Both the position numbers and the translations under genes were made by a program. This document shows positions 16,120 through 25,175 of a DNA stretch of 32,050 nucleotides, one piece after another. The notes under the pieces are model-generated. The model did not search any database. It was not told the DNA's origin and saw nothing but the letters and a program-made list of their open reading frames with translations. The first letter of the stretch is position 1, and the number at the start of each line of letters is the position of its first letter. Source of the stretch: Acidiferrobacter sp. GTDB lineage: Bacteria; Pseudomonadota; Gammaproteobacteria; Arenicellales; UBA868. The stretch spans positions 1-32,050 of the forward strand of contig NZKZ01000073.1 of NCBI GenBank assembly GCA_002694065.1, read 5' to 3'.

Positions 16120-17826
16120 ATGGGCAGGGGCTTCGTTCCAGAGGACTTGGAAGCCACTAGCTGGGATAGCCTCGAGCCCCTGATTAACGACCTGCTGGAG
16201 AGGGAGCTGAGCTGCTCGAGCTGCCTTGAAGGGCTGATCGCAGACTCATCTGAGCTCGCCGAGCACGTCTCGGAAGCGGGGGCGCTGCTCTACATCGGCA
16301 TGACGTGCGACACTGAGAGCGAGGAGAAGAAGGGGGCTTTCCTGGACTTCGTGAGCAACGTCAGGCCGAAGCTGTCCGAGCACTCAGACGCAATCAACAG
16401 GAGGCTCGTGGAACACCCGGCGGTGGAGGACCTGCCCGAGAGGTACGACCTGATGCTGAAGGGCATCAGGACCGACGTCGAGATATTCCGCAAGGAGAAC
16501 ATCCCGCTCGGGGTGAGGCAGACCGAGCTCGTCACGGAGTCCCAGGCGATCAACGGTGCGATGACCGTGGAGTTCGACGGTGAGGAGAGGACCTTCTCGC
16601 AGATGAGCGGCTACCTGGAGGCGAACGACCGATCCCTGAGGGAGGCCGCCTGGACCGCCATGGCATCCAGGAGGATGGAGGACCACGAGCGCATGTCGGA
16701 GATCTTCGACGAGCTGGTCTCGATAAGGCACGAGATGGCCCAGAACGCGGGCTTCGACAGCTACACTGAGTTCATGTTCAAGGCGATGCACAGGTTCGAC
16801 TACACCGTAGATGACTGCCTGGAGTTCCATGAGTCCGTGGAGTCCGTCTGCATGCCCATACTGGCCCAGATAAACCGAGAGAGGAGCGAGTTGCTGGGAG
16901 TTGGAGAATTGCGCCCATGGGACGTTAACGAGAAGGGCGGTTCTGGTCCAGACGTCCATGGCCGGGATCCGCTTAGGCCGTTCGAGACCGTGGACGAGAT
17001 GGTGGCGAAGCTATCGGAGCTTTTCCACGAGATCTCCAAGGACCTCGGCGGGATGTTCGACAAGCTCGTGGAGATGGACACCCTCGATCTCGAGACCAGG
17101 AAGGGCAAGGCGCCCGGGGGGTACCAGTACTACCTGGAGAAGAGCCGCGTCCCTTTCATCTTCATGAACGCCGCAGGGCTCCAGGGCGACCTCGAGACGA
17201 TGATCCACGAGGCGGGGCACGCGTTCCACTCGCTTTACTGCGGACACCTGGAGCTCATCGACGAGAGGGACTACCCAATCGAGTTCGCCGAGGTCGCCTC
17301 CATGTCCATGGAGCTACTCACGCAGCCGTGGTGGGACAAGTTCTACGACTCCGAGGAGGCTGACAGGGCCAGGAGGACCCACCTCGAGGGCGTGGTATTC
17401 CTGCTGCCTTGGATAGCGACAATAGACTCGTTCCAGCACTGGGTGTACGCCAACCCCGGGCACTCCAGGGAGGAGAGGGCCGAGGTCTGGCTGTCCATCA
17501 GGGACAGATTCGGCTCTGCCATGGACTGGACGGGTCACGGCGACTTCAGAGAGGTCTCGTGGCAGCAGCAGGGGCACCTGTACGGGGCCCCGTTCTACTA
17601 CATCGAGTACGGTATCGCTCAGCTCGGTTCGCTACAGCTCTGGAAGACCCAGATGGCGGACCCGCAGAAGGCCCTCGACGACTACGCCAATGCGATGAGT
17701 CTTGGCAACACCAGGTCACTCCCCGAGCTGTTCTCCGCGGCGGACCTGAAGCTGGGATTCGACGAGGGTCACTTCCAGTCCCTCATGGACACTGTCGAGT
17801 CTTCGCTCTCCGAGCTGCCGGCGTAG
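16120..17826 (+). CDS. pepF: M3B oligoendopeptidase F family peptidase
   Basis: Zn motif HEAGH, EFAEVASMSMEL, RKGKAPGGY, PFIFMN, HLY..PFYYIEYGIAQLG. Confidence 0.9.
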   Translation: MGRGFVPEDLEATSWDSLEPLINDLLERELSCSSCLEGLIADSSELAEHVSEAGALLYIGMTCDTESEEKKGAFLDFVSNVRPKLSEHSDAINRRLVEHPAVEDLPERYDLMLKGIRTDVEIFRKENIPLGVRQTELVTESQAINGAMTVEFDGEERTFSQMSGYLEANDRSLREAAWTAMASRRMEDHERMSEIFDELVSIRHEMAQNAGFDSYTEFMFKAMHRFDYTVDDCLEFHESVESVCMPILAQINRERSELLGVGELRPWDVNEKGGSGPDVHGRDPLRPFETVDEMVAKLSELFHEISKDLGGMFDKLVEMDTLDLETRKGKAPGGYQYYLEKSRVPFIFMNAAGLQGDLETMIHEAGHAFHSLYCGHLELIDERDYPIEFAEVASMSMELLTQPWWDKFYDSEEADRARRTHLEGVVFLLPWIATIDSFQHWVYANPGHSREERAEVWLSIRDRFGSAMDWTGHGDFREVSWQQQGHLYGAPFYYIEYGIAQLGSLQLWKTQMADPQKALDDYANAMSLGNTRSLPELFSAADLKLGFDEGHFQSLMDTVESSLSELPA

Positions 17827-17848
17827 CCTTCGGACTCCGGGGCCCGCT

Positions 17849-18850
17849 CTAGTCGCGCAGGCCCTCGGAGGTCACGGTGAAGACTGCCTCCCCCTCTGGC
17901 AGGTTAGGGCTGTCGATCAGGCGGGCAATCCTACGGCCCCCCTTCGACTTCCTGAGGTAAAGGCGGAATGTGCTTGCGTGGGCAACGATGTGCCCCCCGA
18001 TTGCCCTGGTGGGATCGCCCCACATGGCATCGGGCTTGGACATGACCTGGTTGGTGACCAGGACAATGGCGTTCTGGACGTCTGCAACCTGCTTGAGCTC
18101 CTTCATGTGCCGGTTCAGCTTCTGCTGCCTCGTCGCTAGCATCCCCCTGCCGATGTACTCGGCACGGAAGTGGCTGGTTAGAGAGTCGACAATGATCAGC
18201 TTGACGTCGATGTTCTTGGCCATCCTCTTGATCTCGTCCACCAGGAGAATCTGGTGCGCGGAGTTGTATGCCCTGGCGACGTGAATCCTATCGAGTGCTT
18301 CCTCAGGGTCTATGCCCACGGCTTCTGCCATCTGCGCGATCCTCTCTGGCCTGAAAGTGTCCTCCGTGTCGATGTAGACGATCTCCCCGTCCAGCCCTCC
18401 CTGGGACTCGCTGAGTAATGAGTTGACGGCGAGCTGATGGCCTATCTGGGTCTTACCGCTACCGAACTCCCCGAACACCTCGACAATTGACTGGGTCTCG
18501 AAGCCCCCTCCCAGGAGCTCGTCCAGGGATGATGCGCCGGAGGTGAGCTTCTTCACCCTCTTGCGCTTGTCGAGAAGTGCGGCGCCACTCACGAAACCTC
18601 CGATGTTTGCTAGCTTTTTCGCTCCCGCGATTATCTTCGCCGAGACGGCCTCGCCGAGCTCGGCCTGCTCTGACAGCTCCGGCGGGCTCATCACCGCGAT
18701 TGCCAGAAGATCCTCAAAACCAGCCTCACGCAGCTTCTCGGCCGTGGCAGGCCCCACGCCAGGCAGATCCTCTATCGTCGGCTCCGGCTCATCCACGTCA
18801 ATCACAATCTCCTCTTCTTCCATCTTCTCGCTCGCTGTTTCTTCTGTCAT
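17849..18850 (-). CDS. radA: DNA repair and recombination protein RadA
   Basis: N-terminal Hh[14 protein letters not shown], polymerization motif GGFVS, Walker [62 protein letters not shown] upstream. Confidence 0.97.
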   Translation of the reverse strand: MTEETASEKMEEEEIVIDVDEPEPTIEDLPGVGPATAEKLREAGFEDLLAIAVMSPPELSEQAELGEAVSAKIIAGAKKLANIGGFVSGAALLDKRKRVKKLTSGASSLDELLGGGFETQSIVEVFGEFGSGKTQIGHQLAVNSLLSESQGGLDGEIVYIDTEDTFRPERIAQMAEAVGIDPEEALDRIHVARAYNSAHQILLVDEIKRMAKNIDVKLIIVDSLTSHFRAEYIGRGMLATRQQKLNRHMKELKQVADVQNAIVLVTNQVMSKPDAMWGDPTRAIGGHIVAHASTFRLYLRKSKGGRRIARLIDSPNLPEGEAVFTVTSEGLRD

Positions 18851-18854
18851 CCTA

Positions 18855-18895
18855 TCACCAATATGCCCCACTTCCGGACTCGGAGGTATATGAAC
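18855..18895 (-). promoter_or_regulatory. Putative radA promoter (TATA-like TTCATATA) and GGTGA ribosome-binding site
   Basis: On the minus strand TTCATATA (18887-18894) lies ~40 nt upstream of the ATG, and GGTGA (18855-18859) just before it, within an AT-rich intergenic region. Confidence 0.45.
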
Positions 18896-18983
18896 AATCG
18901 AAGGACCCCAAGACAATCAATGAAAGTATTCATTCTTCATGATTACTCGCAGTATCTCGATTTTTCACTTTCACATTTTTCTG

Positions 18984-19061
18984 TGGTAGCGGGTGGTGGA
19001 TTTGAACCACCGGTCTCCGGGTTATGAGCCCGACGAGATAACCTGACTACTCCAACCCGCT
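18984..19061 (-). tRNA. tRNA-Met(CAT), initiator
   Basis: Minus strand reads AGCGGGTTGGAGTAGTCAGGTTATCTCGTCGGGCTCATAACCCGGAGACCGGTGGTTCAAATCCACCACCCGCTACCA. It has A1:U72, three consecutive G-C pairs in the anticodon stem, a CAT anticodon and an encoded CCA. Confidence 0.95.
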
Positions 19062-19166
19062 ACGCGCTCGCTGAAGGGGGGCCTATTTTACACATACTGA
19101 GAGAGAGGTGAGTATTTTCCATGCGAATAGTATTCAACATCCCTTGACCTCAGCGGTTGGAGGGAC

Positions 19167-20549
19167 ATGGAAAGATCGCTTCTGATACGCAATGCGGAGA
19201 TGGTTTTCGAAGGCAGAATGCTGCATGGAGACCTCCGTGCTGTGGGAGGTTTGATCGAGACCGTTGCTCCCGGTGGTGGTCTCGATACGAGGCAGGGAGA
19301 GGTTGTCGTAGATGCAGATGGCCTGGTCCTGCTCCCTGGTGCCATCGACCCACAGGTGCACTTTAGGGAGCCTGGGCAGCCAGAGAAGGAGGACATAGGC
19401 AGCGGTAGCAAGGCCGCGGCCTCGGGAGGGATCACGTCTTTCCTGGACATGCCGAACAACGTCCCCTCTGCAACTAGCATGTCAGCGATCCAGTCCAAGA
19501 TCGACTCGGCCTCCAGAACAGCGGTCAACCATTACGGATTCTTCATCGGTGCCACTCCAGACAACATCCCAGACCTGCAAGCAGCAGTTGGGACGCCTGA
19601 TTCGCCCAAGCCGGTTGATGGCGTCTGCGGAATCAAGGTGTTCATGGGTAGCAGCACTGGGGACCTGCTGGTGGATGAGCAGGCGGCCTTGGAGGCCATC
19701 TTCTCGGAGACCGCCGGAGTGATCGCGGTCCATGCCGAGGACGAGGGTAGGCTGAAGGAAAGGAGACCCATGTTCGAGGAAAGAACAGACGTTGCGGCCC
19801 ATGCGGAGTGGCGGGACAGCGAGACTGCCCTTATCGCCACCAAGAGGGCGTGTCGACTGGCTGACGACAGCGGCCATCGACTACACGTCCTTCACCTGAC
19901 CAGTGGCCTCGAAGCGGACTGGCTCGCAGATAACAAGGGCTCCAACATCACAACCGAGGTGTGCCCCCAGCACCTGACCTTCGACCAGGATGACGTTGAG
20001 GAGAGGGGGACTCGGCTAATCATGAACCCGCCAATCAGGTACACCGAGGACAGGGACACGCTTTGGAAGAGGCTCAAGGACGGGACGATAGACTGCATAG
20101 CTACCGACCACGCCCCCCACACCCTCGAGAACAAGGCGCTTGGATTCCCCAAGGCCCACTCCGGGATGCCCGGTGTGGAGACCTCTCTGCCCGTGATGCT
20201 CACTCACGCTGCCGATGGCAAGTGCTCGGTGCCCGACGTGGCCAGATGGATGTGCGAGGGTCCGGCACAGGTCTACGGGATGGAGGGCAAGGGCAGGCTC
20301 CAGGAGGGATTCGATGCGGATCTCGTCCTCGTTGACATGGGGTCAAGGAGAAGCATCACGGACTCCGACACGTGGTCCAGGGTGGGATGGACCTCATACC
20401 AGGGCATCCCCCTGACGGGGTGGCCAGTGAGCACCTTCGTGGATGGCGAGCTCGTGTTCCGGAGGACTCCAGAGGGTCCAGCCAGAGGCGAGTTCTCCGT
20501 GGATGGCGGCTCTTCCGGCAGGCCTCTCAGGTTCAGCCGATCCCGTTAG
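19167..20549 (+). CDS. pyrC: Dihydroorotase (amidohydrolase superfamily)
   Basis: LPGAIDPQVHFREPG, AAASGGITSFLDMPNN.P, GIKVFMGSSTG, HAED, HVLH, EVCPQHL, MNPPIR, IATDHAPH, SGMPGVET. Confidence 0.9.
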   Translation: MERSLLIRNAEMVFEGRMLHGDLRAVGGLIETVAPGGGLDTRQGEVVVDADGLVLLPGAIDPQVHFREPGQPEKEDIGSGSKAAASGGITSFLDMPNNVPSATSMSAIQSKIDSASRTAVNHYGFFIGATPDNIPDLQAAVGTPDSPKPVDGVCGIKVFMGSSTGDLLVDEQAALEAIFSETAGVIAVHAEDEGRLKERRPMFEERTDVAAHAEWRDSETALIATKRACRLADDSGHRLHVLHLTSGLEADWLADNKGSNITTEVCPQHLTFDQDDVEERGTRLIMNPPIRYTEDRDTLWKRLKDGTIDCIATDHAPHTLENKALGFPKAHSGMPGVETSLPVMLTHAADGKCSVPDVARWMCEGPAQVYGMEGKGRLQEGFDADLVLVDMGSRRSITDSDTWSRVGWTSYQGIPLTGWPVSTFVDGELVFRRTPEGPARGEFSVDGGSSGRPLRFSRSR

Positions 20550-22942
20550 CCAGTGCCTGGGTCGGAGGAAGAGCTGGAGTCGCCCGAATCTTCGCCTTCC
20601 ACTTCCTCAACTTCTACCGCGTCAACCGTCGACTTGTGTGAGTCGATCCCCGGGATCTCGATCTCGACCATTAGCTGTAGGTCGCCAGTCCTGTGGACCG
20701 TCGCCCCTGCGGAGGAGAACGCGTAGATGTAGTCCCCCATGAATATCGACCTGCGGATGTTGGTGGATCCGGACCACCAATAGGAGAGGCCCTCCTCGTT
20801 GTAGAAGCCGGAGTGCTCAACATCGCCGTGCGTGCTGAGGCTCCCGTTCTCGATGTCGACGTTGACCATCTTCAGCATCGAGACGAACTCGTATCCGTGG
20901 TAGGTGTACTCCCTTCCCTCGATAATCTGCACGTCTGTCACGTACCTGTGCGTGGAGAGGGGAACTGCGAGCATTGACTCGGGTGCCCAGAAGGTGAATG
21001 CCTTGTGCTCGTACGTGGCCTCGGAGTAGGACCATGACCACCCGCAGGTCCTGATCTCCTCGCAGTTGGAGTCGGTGTAAGCGGGAGTGAGGGGGAGGGA
21101 GTCTGCAAGAGTGGGCTTGCTGGTGTCGCTTACGTCGAATAGGGAAACCTGGGTGGTGGACCAGTCCAGCCCGAACCCGTCCTCGCCACCTGCTATGCCT
21201 ATCGTCAGCAGGTAGTCCTCGTTCACGGGATGGATGTAGGTGGAGACCCCTGGGACCTCAAGCTCTCCGAGCACTATGGGATTGGTTGGGTCGGAGAGAT
21301 CCAGGACCCAAAGCGGGTCGATGTTCATGAAGGTCACCAGGTAGCCCCTGTCTCCGACGAACCTAGCGCTCCAGATCGTCTCGCCCTCGGCGATGTCGCC
21401 TACGTATCCGGTCTGATCGAGCTGCCCCTCGCCGTCGTCCTTCAGGATCGTGACCTGGTTGGTGGGGCCGTTCCAGACGGGATCACCGTTCTCGTCGACC
21501 TCCGCCATCCTCCACCACATCCACCAGTTGTTGGAAGTGGAGGCGACTCTGATCGCTCCGTCGTGCTCGCTGATGGAGAACTGGTCCTGGACCGACCCGT
21601 CCACTCGGCCTGATGCCACGTAAGTAGTGTGGTTGGCGTCGCTGATGTCGAAGGAGTGGATGTTTGTGGCTTCCTCCCAGTCGGAGTTGCGCCAGAACCA
21701 CCACCAGTCGTTGGCAGGCTCAGCGAGCACGAGCGTGTCCTTGGATGAGTATACGTGCGCCCAGGATGAGGTGATGTGGTCGACCTCCATCGAGGTGTCG
21801 TCCCCTAGCATCTTCATTGTGATGATCGATGTGAAGCCCCTGCCTGCGCTGTCGGCGCTGGCCGAGAACTCGGTGCATCCCTCCCTGGTGAGGGGGTGTG
21901 TGAGGAGCTCGCCGCCCCTTAACTCGTGGATCTGGGGGACGAAGTCCTCCAGAGTGAGTGCGGAGATCGCCGCCTCGTTGTCCAGGATGGTCTGGTTGAC
22001 GCTTTCGTTCCAGATGTCCATCCTCTTGTCGAGGTCGTCCTCGGACCAGTAGTCGGAGGGGAGTTCGACCCAGCTCCTGATATCGTCGAAGTAGGTCCAG
22101 AGGTGGGTCACAGAGCGGACTGTACCGTCCACCATCCTTGCCGTGTGGTAGTTGCCCTCGATGTAGAGCTCCCTCTCCACGACGGGGGAGGAGCGGTCCG
22201 AGATGTCGACTACGGTGTACTTGACGAGGTTCTGGACCCTCGTGTAGTGGTAGTCTCCATCCTCCACCTCGGTGGCCATCAGATCCCTCAACCCGCTCTC
22301 TGGATCCAGGGACCAGTAGTATATCGAAGAGGAGATCACAAGCCGGTCCCCCTCGATCATCATCTGCGATGGGTTGCCCTCAATGGTCAGGTTCGACTCG
22401 AGGGTCAGGTTCCCGAACTCAGGGACGCCCATTATGACCAGGAGTTGCCCGTTTAGCATGTAGATGTGATGGCCGTCCGTCTTCAGGAAGTCGGCCTCGT
22501 CGACCCCAGACTCCTGGTTGTTGGTGCCTGAGTACTCCCCCTCCCTGGAGCCCGAGTCCGGGGCGCTGCCAGAGGACTCGTCAGATACTGTTGCCACATC
22601 TCCGTCGAGCGCCATCTCTGGCATCCCGTCGTCGAACGCCAACCCCCCCCTGAACATCACAGGTTCAGTGACCCAGTGCCAGTAGCTCTGCTGGTCCAGG
22701 TTGACCATCATCTCGTCGCGGAGGGCGGTCTTGAGGTCCGCCAGCAGTGAGTCGCAGGCATCGTAGGTCTGCAGTTCGGGGGTCGAGCGGGTCCTCTCCG
22801 GGAGTTCCAGCTTCGGGTAGTCCCCTTGGAGGGCGTCGAACGTCCTGTCTATGTCCTCGATCACTTCTTCGACGGTCTCGAGGCATCCTGGGGCGAGCAG
22901 GAGTACCAGCATCAGGAATGAGGTCGTTGCTTTCCTTTCCAT
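20546..22942 (-). CDS. Secreted beta-propeller domain lipoprotein (Beta_propel/PF09826-like)
   Basis: Lipobox APGC; family signature YSGTNNQESGVDEADFLKTDG; DQFSISEH.G.IRVAST; GETIWSARF.GDRGYLVTF..IDPLWVLDLSDP..P.VLGEL.VPG.STYIHP. GGAGG upstream of ATG 22942. Confidence 0.88.
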   Translation of the reverse strand: MERKATTSFLMLVLLLAPGCLETVEEVIEDIDRTFDALQGDYPKLELPERTRSTPELQTYDACDSLLADLKTALRDEMMVNLDQQSYWHWVTEPVMFRGGLAFDDGMPEMALDGDVATVSDESSGSAPDSGSREGEYSGTNNQESGVDEADFLKTDGHHIYMLNGQLLVIMGVPEFGNLTLESNLTIEGNPSQMMIEGDRLVISSSIYYWSLDPESGLRDLMATEVEDGDYHYTRVQNLVKYTVVDISDRSSPVVERELYIEGNYHTARMVDGTVRSVTHLWTYFDDIRSWVELPSDYWSEDDLDKRMDIWNESVNQTILDNEAAISALTLEDFVPQIHELRGGELLTHPLTREGCTEFSASADSAGRGFTSIITMKMLGDDTSMEVDHITSSWAHVYSSKDTLVLAEPANDWWWFWRNSDWEEATNIHSFDISDANHTTYVASGRVDGSVQDQFSISEHDGAIRVASTSNNWWMWWRMAEVDENGDPVWNGPTNQVTILKDDGEGQLDQTGYVGDIAEGETIWSARFVGDRGYLVTFMNIDPLWVLDLSDPTNPIVLGELEVPGVSTYIHPVNEDYLLTIGIAGGEDGFGLDWSTTQVSLFDVSDTSKPTLADSLPLTPAYTDSNCEEIRTCGWSWSYSEATYEHKAFTFWAPESMLAVPLSTHRYVTDVQIIEGREYTYHGYEFVSMLKMVNVDIENGSLSTHGDVEHSGFYNEEGLSYWWSGSTNIRRSIFMGDYIYAFSSAGATVHRTGDLQLMVEIEIPGIDSHKSTVDAVEVEEVEGEDSGDSSSSSDPGTG

Positions 22943-22994
22943 GTCGTGTCCTCCCAAGTTTGTCTTTTGAATGTAAGTTTCCTATGTCCAGGCA

Positions 22995-23189
22995 TCAAAG
23001 GGTCAGCGGCGTCGGCGGACGGGTGTGGGAAAGCGGCCCGGGAGTCGGGATGTGTGGCTCCGGGTCATCCGTGACCTCCCCATCTTCGCTCGTCATATCA
23101 ACGCCACCAGCGTGCCCACTGGTGACGAGGCTTCTTGTGCCGCCCAAGAAAATCAGCGCGGCTACCTGCATGTCCAGTGCTTGGTCCAT
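22995..23189 (-). other. Tentative small ORF (64 aa) and/or structured RNA element
   Basis: ATG at 23189 lies ~26 nt downstream of TTTAAA (23215-23220). The region also contains four closely spaced inverted repeats. Confidence 0.35.
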
Positions 23190-23268
23190 GAAGGTCAATC
23201 ATCGTCATCTGCGATTTAAACGAATTGCCTGCTTGATCGATGGATGAGTCGTCGCGATTTCGGGCGTA

Positions 23269-23343
23269 TGGTGCGAACACCGGGAGTTGAACCCGGGTTA
23301 GCAGGTTGGGAACCTGCTGTCATAACCACTAGACCATGTCCGC
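23269..23343 (-). tRNA. tRNA-Gly(CCC)
   Basis: Minus strand reads GCGGACATGGTCTAGTGGTTATGACAGCAGGTTCCCAACCTGCTAACCCGGGTTCAACTCCCGGTGTTCGCACCA. Full cloverleaf, anticodon stem GCAGG/CCTGC with CCC, encoded CCA. Confidence 0.95.
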
Positions 23344-23397
23344 TGGGCCACGGGGAGTTGGTGGGGGTAATTGAGCGCCACGGTGGTGGTTTTCCCC

Positions 23398-25113
23398 CTA
23401 GACCAACCGCCTCAGGGCTTCCATCTTGGAGTCGGCCTCCCCCAGGTGCTCCAGGCAGGAGTCGATCCTGCCCTCCGACAATGCTCCCTCCGCCTCGGCG
23501 AGAACCCTCTCGGCGGCGATCCGGTCAGGGGTGTCGGGACCTACCCCGGACGAGTCGAGCCTCCTCCTGAGGGCTTTCCAGTCATCTTGCAGGAACTCCA
23601 GCATCTCACGGGACTCCTCCCTGCGAGCGGATAGGCTTTCCAGGTCCGAGATGAGGCTTCTCAGCGATTCGTCGGCCTCCAGCCAGCTCCCCGAGCTAGC
23701 CAGCGACTCCACTTCCTCGAGCCTGTCCATCCAGCCGGACCTGGCCTCCCCCGATGGCATGTCCTCCTCGATCTTCTTCTTCTGCCTGAGGGACCTCTGG
23801 ACGGAGCTCTTCGCGTCGCCCGTCCTGCGGAGCCTCCTCGTCACCCCGTCAGCGAGACCGATTGCGAGGGACGCGTTTCCTGACTGCAGGGCTTCCTTAG
23901 CCTCCTGGAGCCTGGCTTCGGAGTCTTCCCTCTGGGATTCATCCGAGGATATGACGGCGCTCTCCGCGTCTTCTATCGAGCTGGCGGCCTTTGACATGAG
24001 GTCCTCGACGTCACCCATCTGGGAGGGTATTTCCGAGACCAGGGCGAGGGCCTTCTCGGGGTCCTCGTCGTCCATCGCCTTCCTGGCTTCCTCCAGGGTT
24101 GAGCGGATGCTGTCAATGATGTGGCCCTCCTCGGATCCTATTGCCTCCTCTGCATCTCCGATCGCCTGATTGGCGGCCTCCCAGTGAGACTCCACGTTCT
24201 CCGCCTTTGACCTGGCCTCCCTGAATTTCTGCTCTGCTGCTCTGAGGGAGCCCCTATCCATCTCCTCGACTCCATCATCGAATGCCCTCCTGGAAGCCCC
24301 TGGCGATCCGGTGATGCCCTCTGCCCTGGTCAGCACAGATTCCGTCTGGTCCCTGATCTCGGCCAGGTCCGCCATGAACGACATGATCCTGTCAGCCTCC
24401 CTCTCCGCCTCGGAAATCAGATGGAGCCCCCTCGCCGGGTCCTTCCTGCCCTCCTCGCGGGCAGCCTTCAGGAGTGAGTTTGGCTGCTGAAGCATGGTGT
24501 TCCCCGACTGCATGTCCAGTATCCTCCTCTCCGCCCTCTTCAGGCTGGCGAAGAAGTCCTGCCTGTCCCCCTCCAATCCGTCCCTAGAGAGAATGGGTGG
24601 GACCGCGGATACCAGGAACAGGGCGCCGATTATCATCCACGACTCTGGGTTGGAGTCGGACAGCACCACTGGGACTGCCAAGCCGAAGCCGAGGGTGGTG
24701 CTCATCCCCCTCCACCTCCTCGAGTTGACGTCGGAGTTGAGGATATTGCGAGATGTCGAAAGCAGGACCACCGCCACGAATGCCAGGGACGCGGCGCCCC
24801 AGAGGTTGCCCCCGTCGTTCCTGCTCACCTCGGCTATGGCGATCATCGGGGGCCAGGCGATGCAGCAGGCGGTGGAGACCCTGGTCCTCTGCACTGGGCC
24901 GAAGTCCACCAGGTCGGGAAGGAGGAGGGCCGCTCCGAAGAGTATCGCCACGGGCCCGTAGCCGAACAGCAGTCCGGATTCGCTATCGAAGGACTCGAAC
25001 AGCCACCAGGCGCCCATGCCGATCAGTGCCATTTGGCACGCCAGCGCTGCCCTTTCCACCCTGGTTCGATGCGCCGCGATCACCCTGTCGGGGTAGTCAG
25101 GGAGCATCACCAT
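23398..25113 (-). CDS. Hypothetical membrane protein: ~6 N-terminal TMs plus a long alpha-helical/coiled-coil repeat region
   Basis: Long ORF with a hydrophobic N-third, then an E/A/R/S-rich amphipathic helical region with recurring 'A..A...G....A' units. Confidence 0.8.
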   Translation of the reverse strand: MVMLPDYPDRVIAAHRTRVERAALACQMALIGMGAWWLFESFDSESGLLFGYGPVAILFGAALLLPDLVDFGPVQRTRVSTACCIAWPPMIAIAEVSRNDGGNLWGAASLAFVAVVLLSTSRNILNSDVNSRRWRGMSTTLGFGLAVPVVLSDSNPESWMIIGALFLVSAVPPILSRDGLEGDRQDFFASLKRAERRILDMQSGNTMLQQPNSLLKAAREEGRKDPARGLHLISEAEREADRIMSFMADLAEIRDQTESVLTRAEGITGSPGASRRAFDDGVEEMDRGSLRAAEQKFREARSKAENVESHWEAANQAIGDAEEAIGSEEGHIIDSIRSTLEEARKAMDDEDPEKALALVSEIPSQMGDVEDLMSKAASSIEDAESAVISSDESQREDSEARLQEAKEALQSGNASLAIGLADGVTRRLRRTGDAKSSVQRSLRQKKKIEEDMPSGEARSGWMDRLEEVESLASSGSWLEADESLRSLISDLESLSARREESREMLEFLQDDWKALRRRLDSSGVGPDTPDRIAAERVLAEAEGALSEGRIDSCLEHLGEADSKMEALRRLV

Positions 25114-25175
25114 GCCACCCGAATGCTCCTGGGGGTCAATATGTATGTGGTCAGGCGAGCGCACGGAGAGTCGTG

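Noticed and set aside
20546-20549. 4-nt overlap of the convergent pyrC and beta-propeller stop codons
   Set aside because: Common in compact genomes; nothing suggests a function.
18984-23343. tRNA-anchored genomic island at tRNA-iMet or tRNA-Gly
   Set aside because: No integrase, no duplicated tRNA 3' end seen, and the neighbours (radA, pyrC) are housekeeping genes with typical composition.
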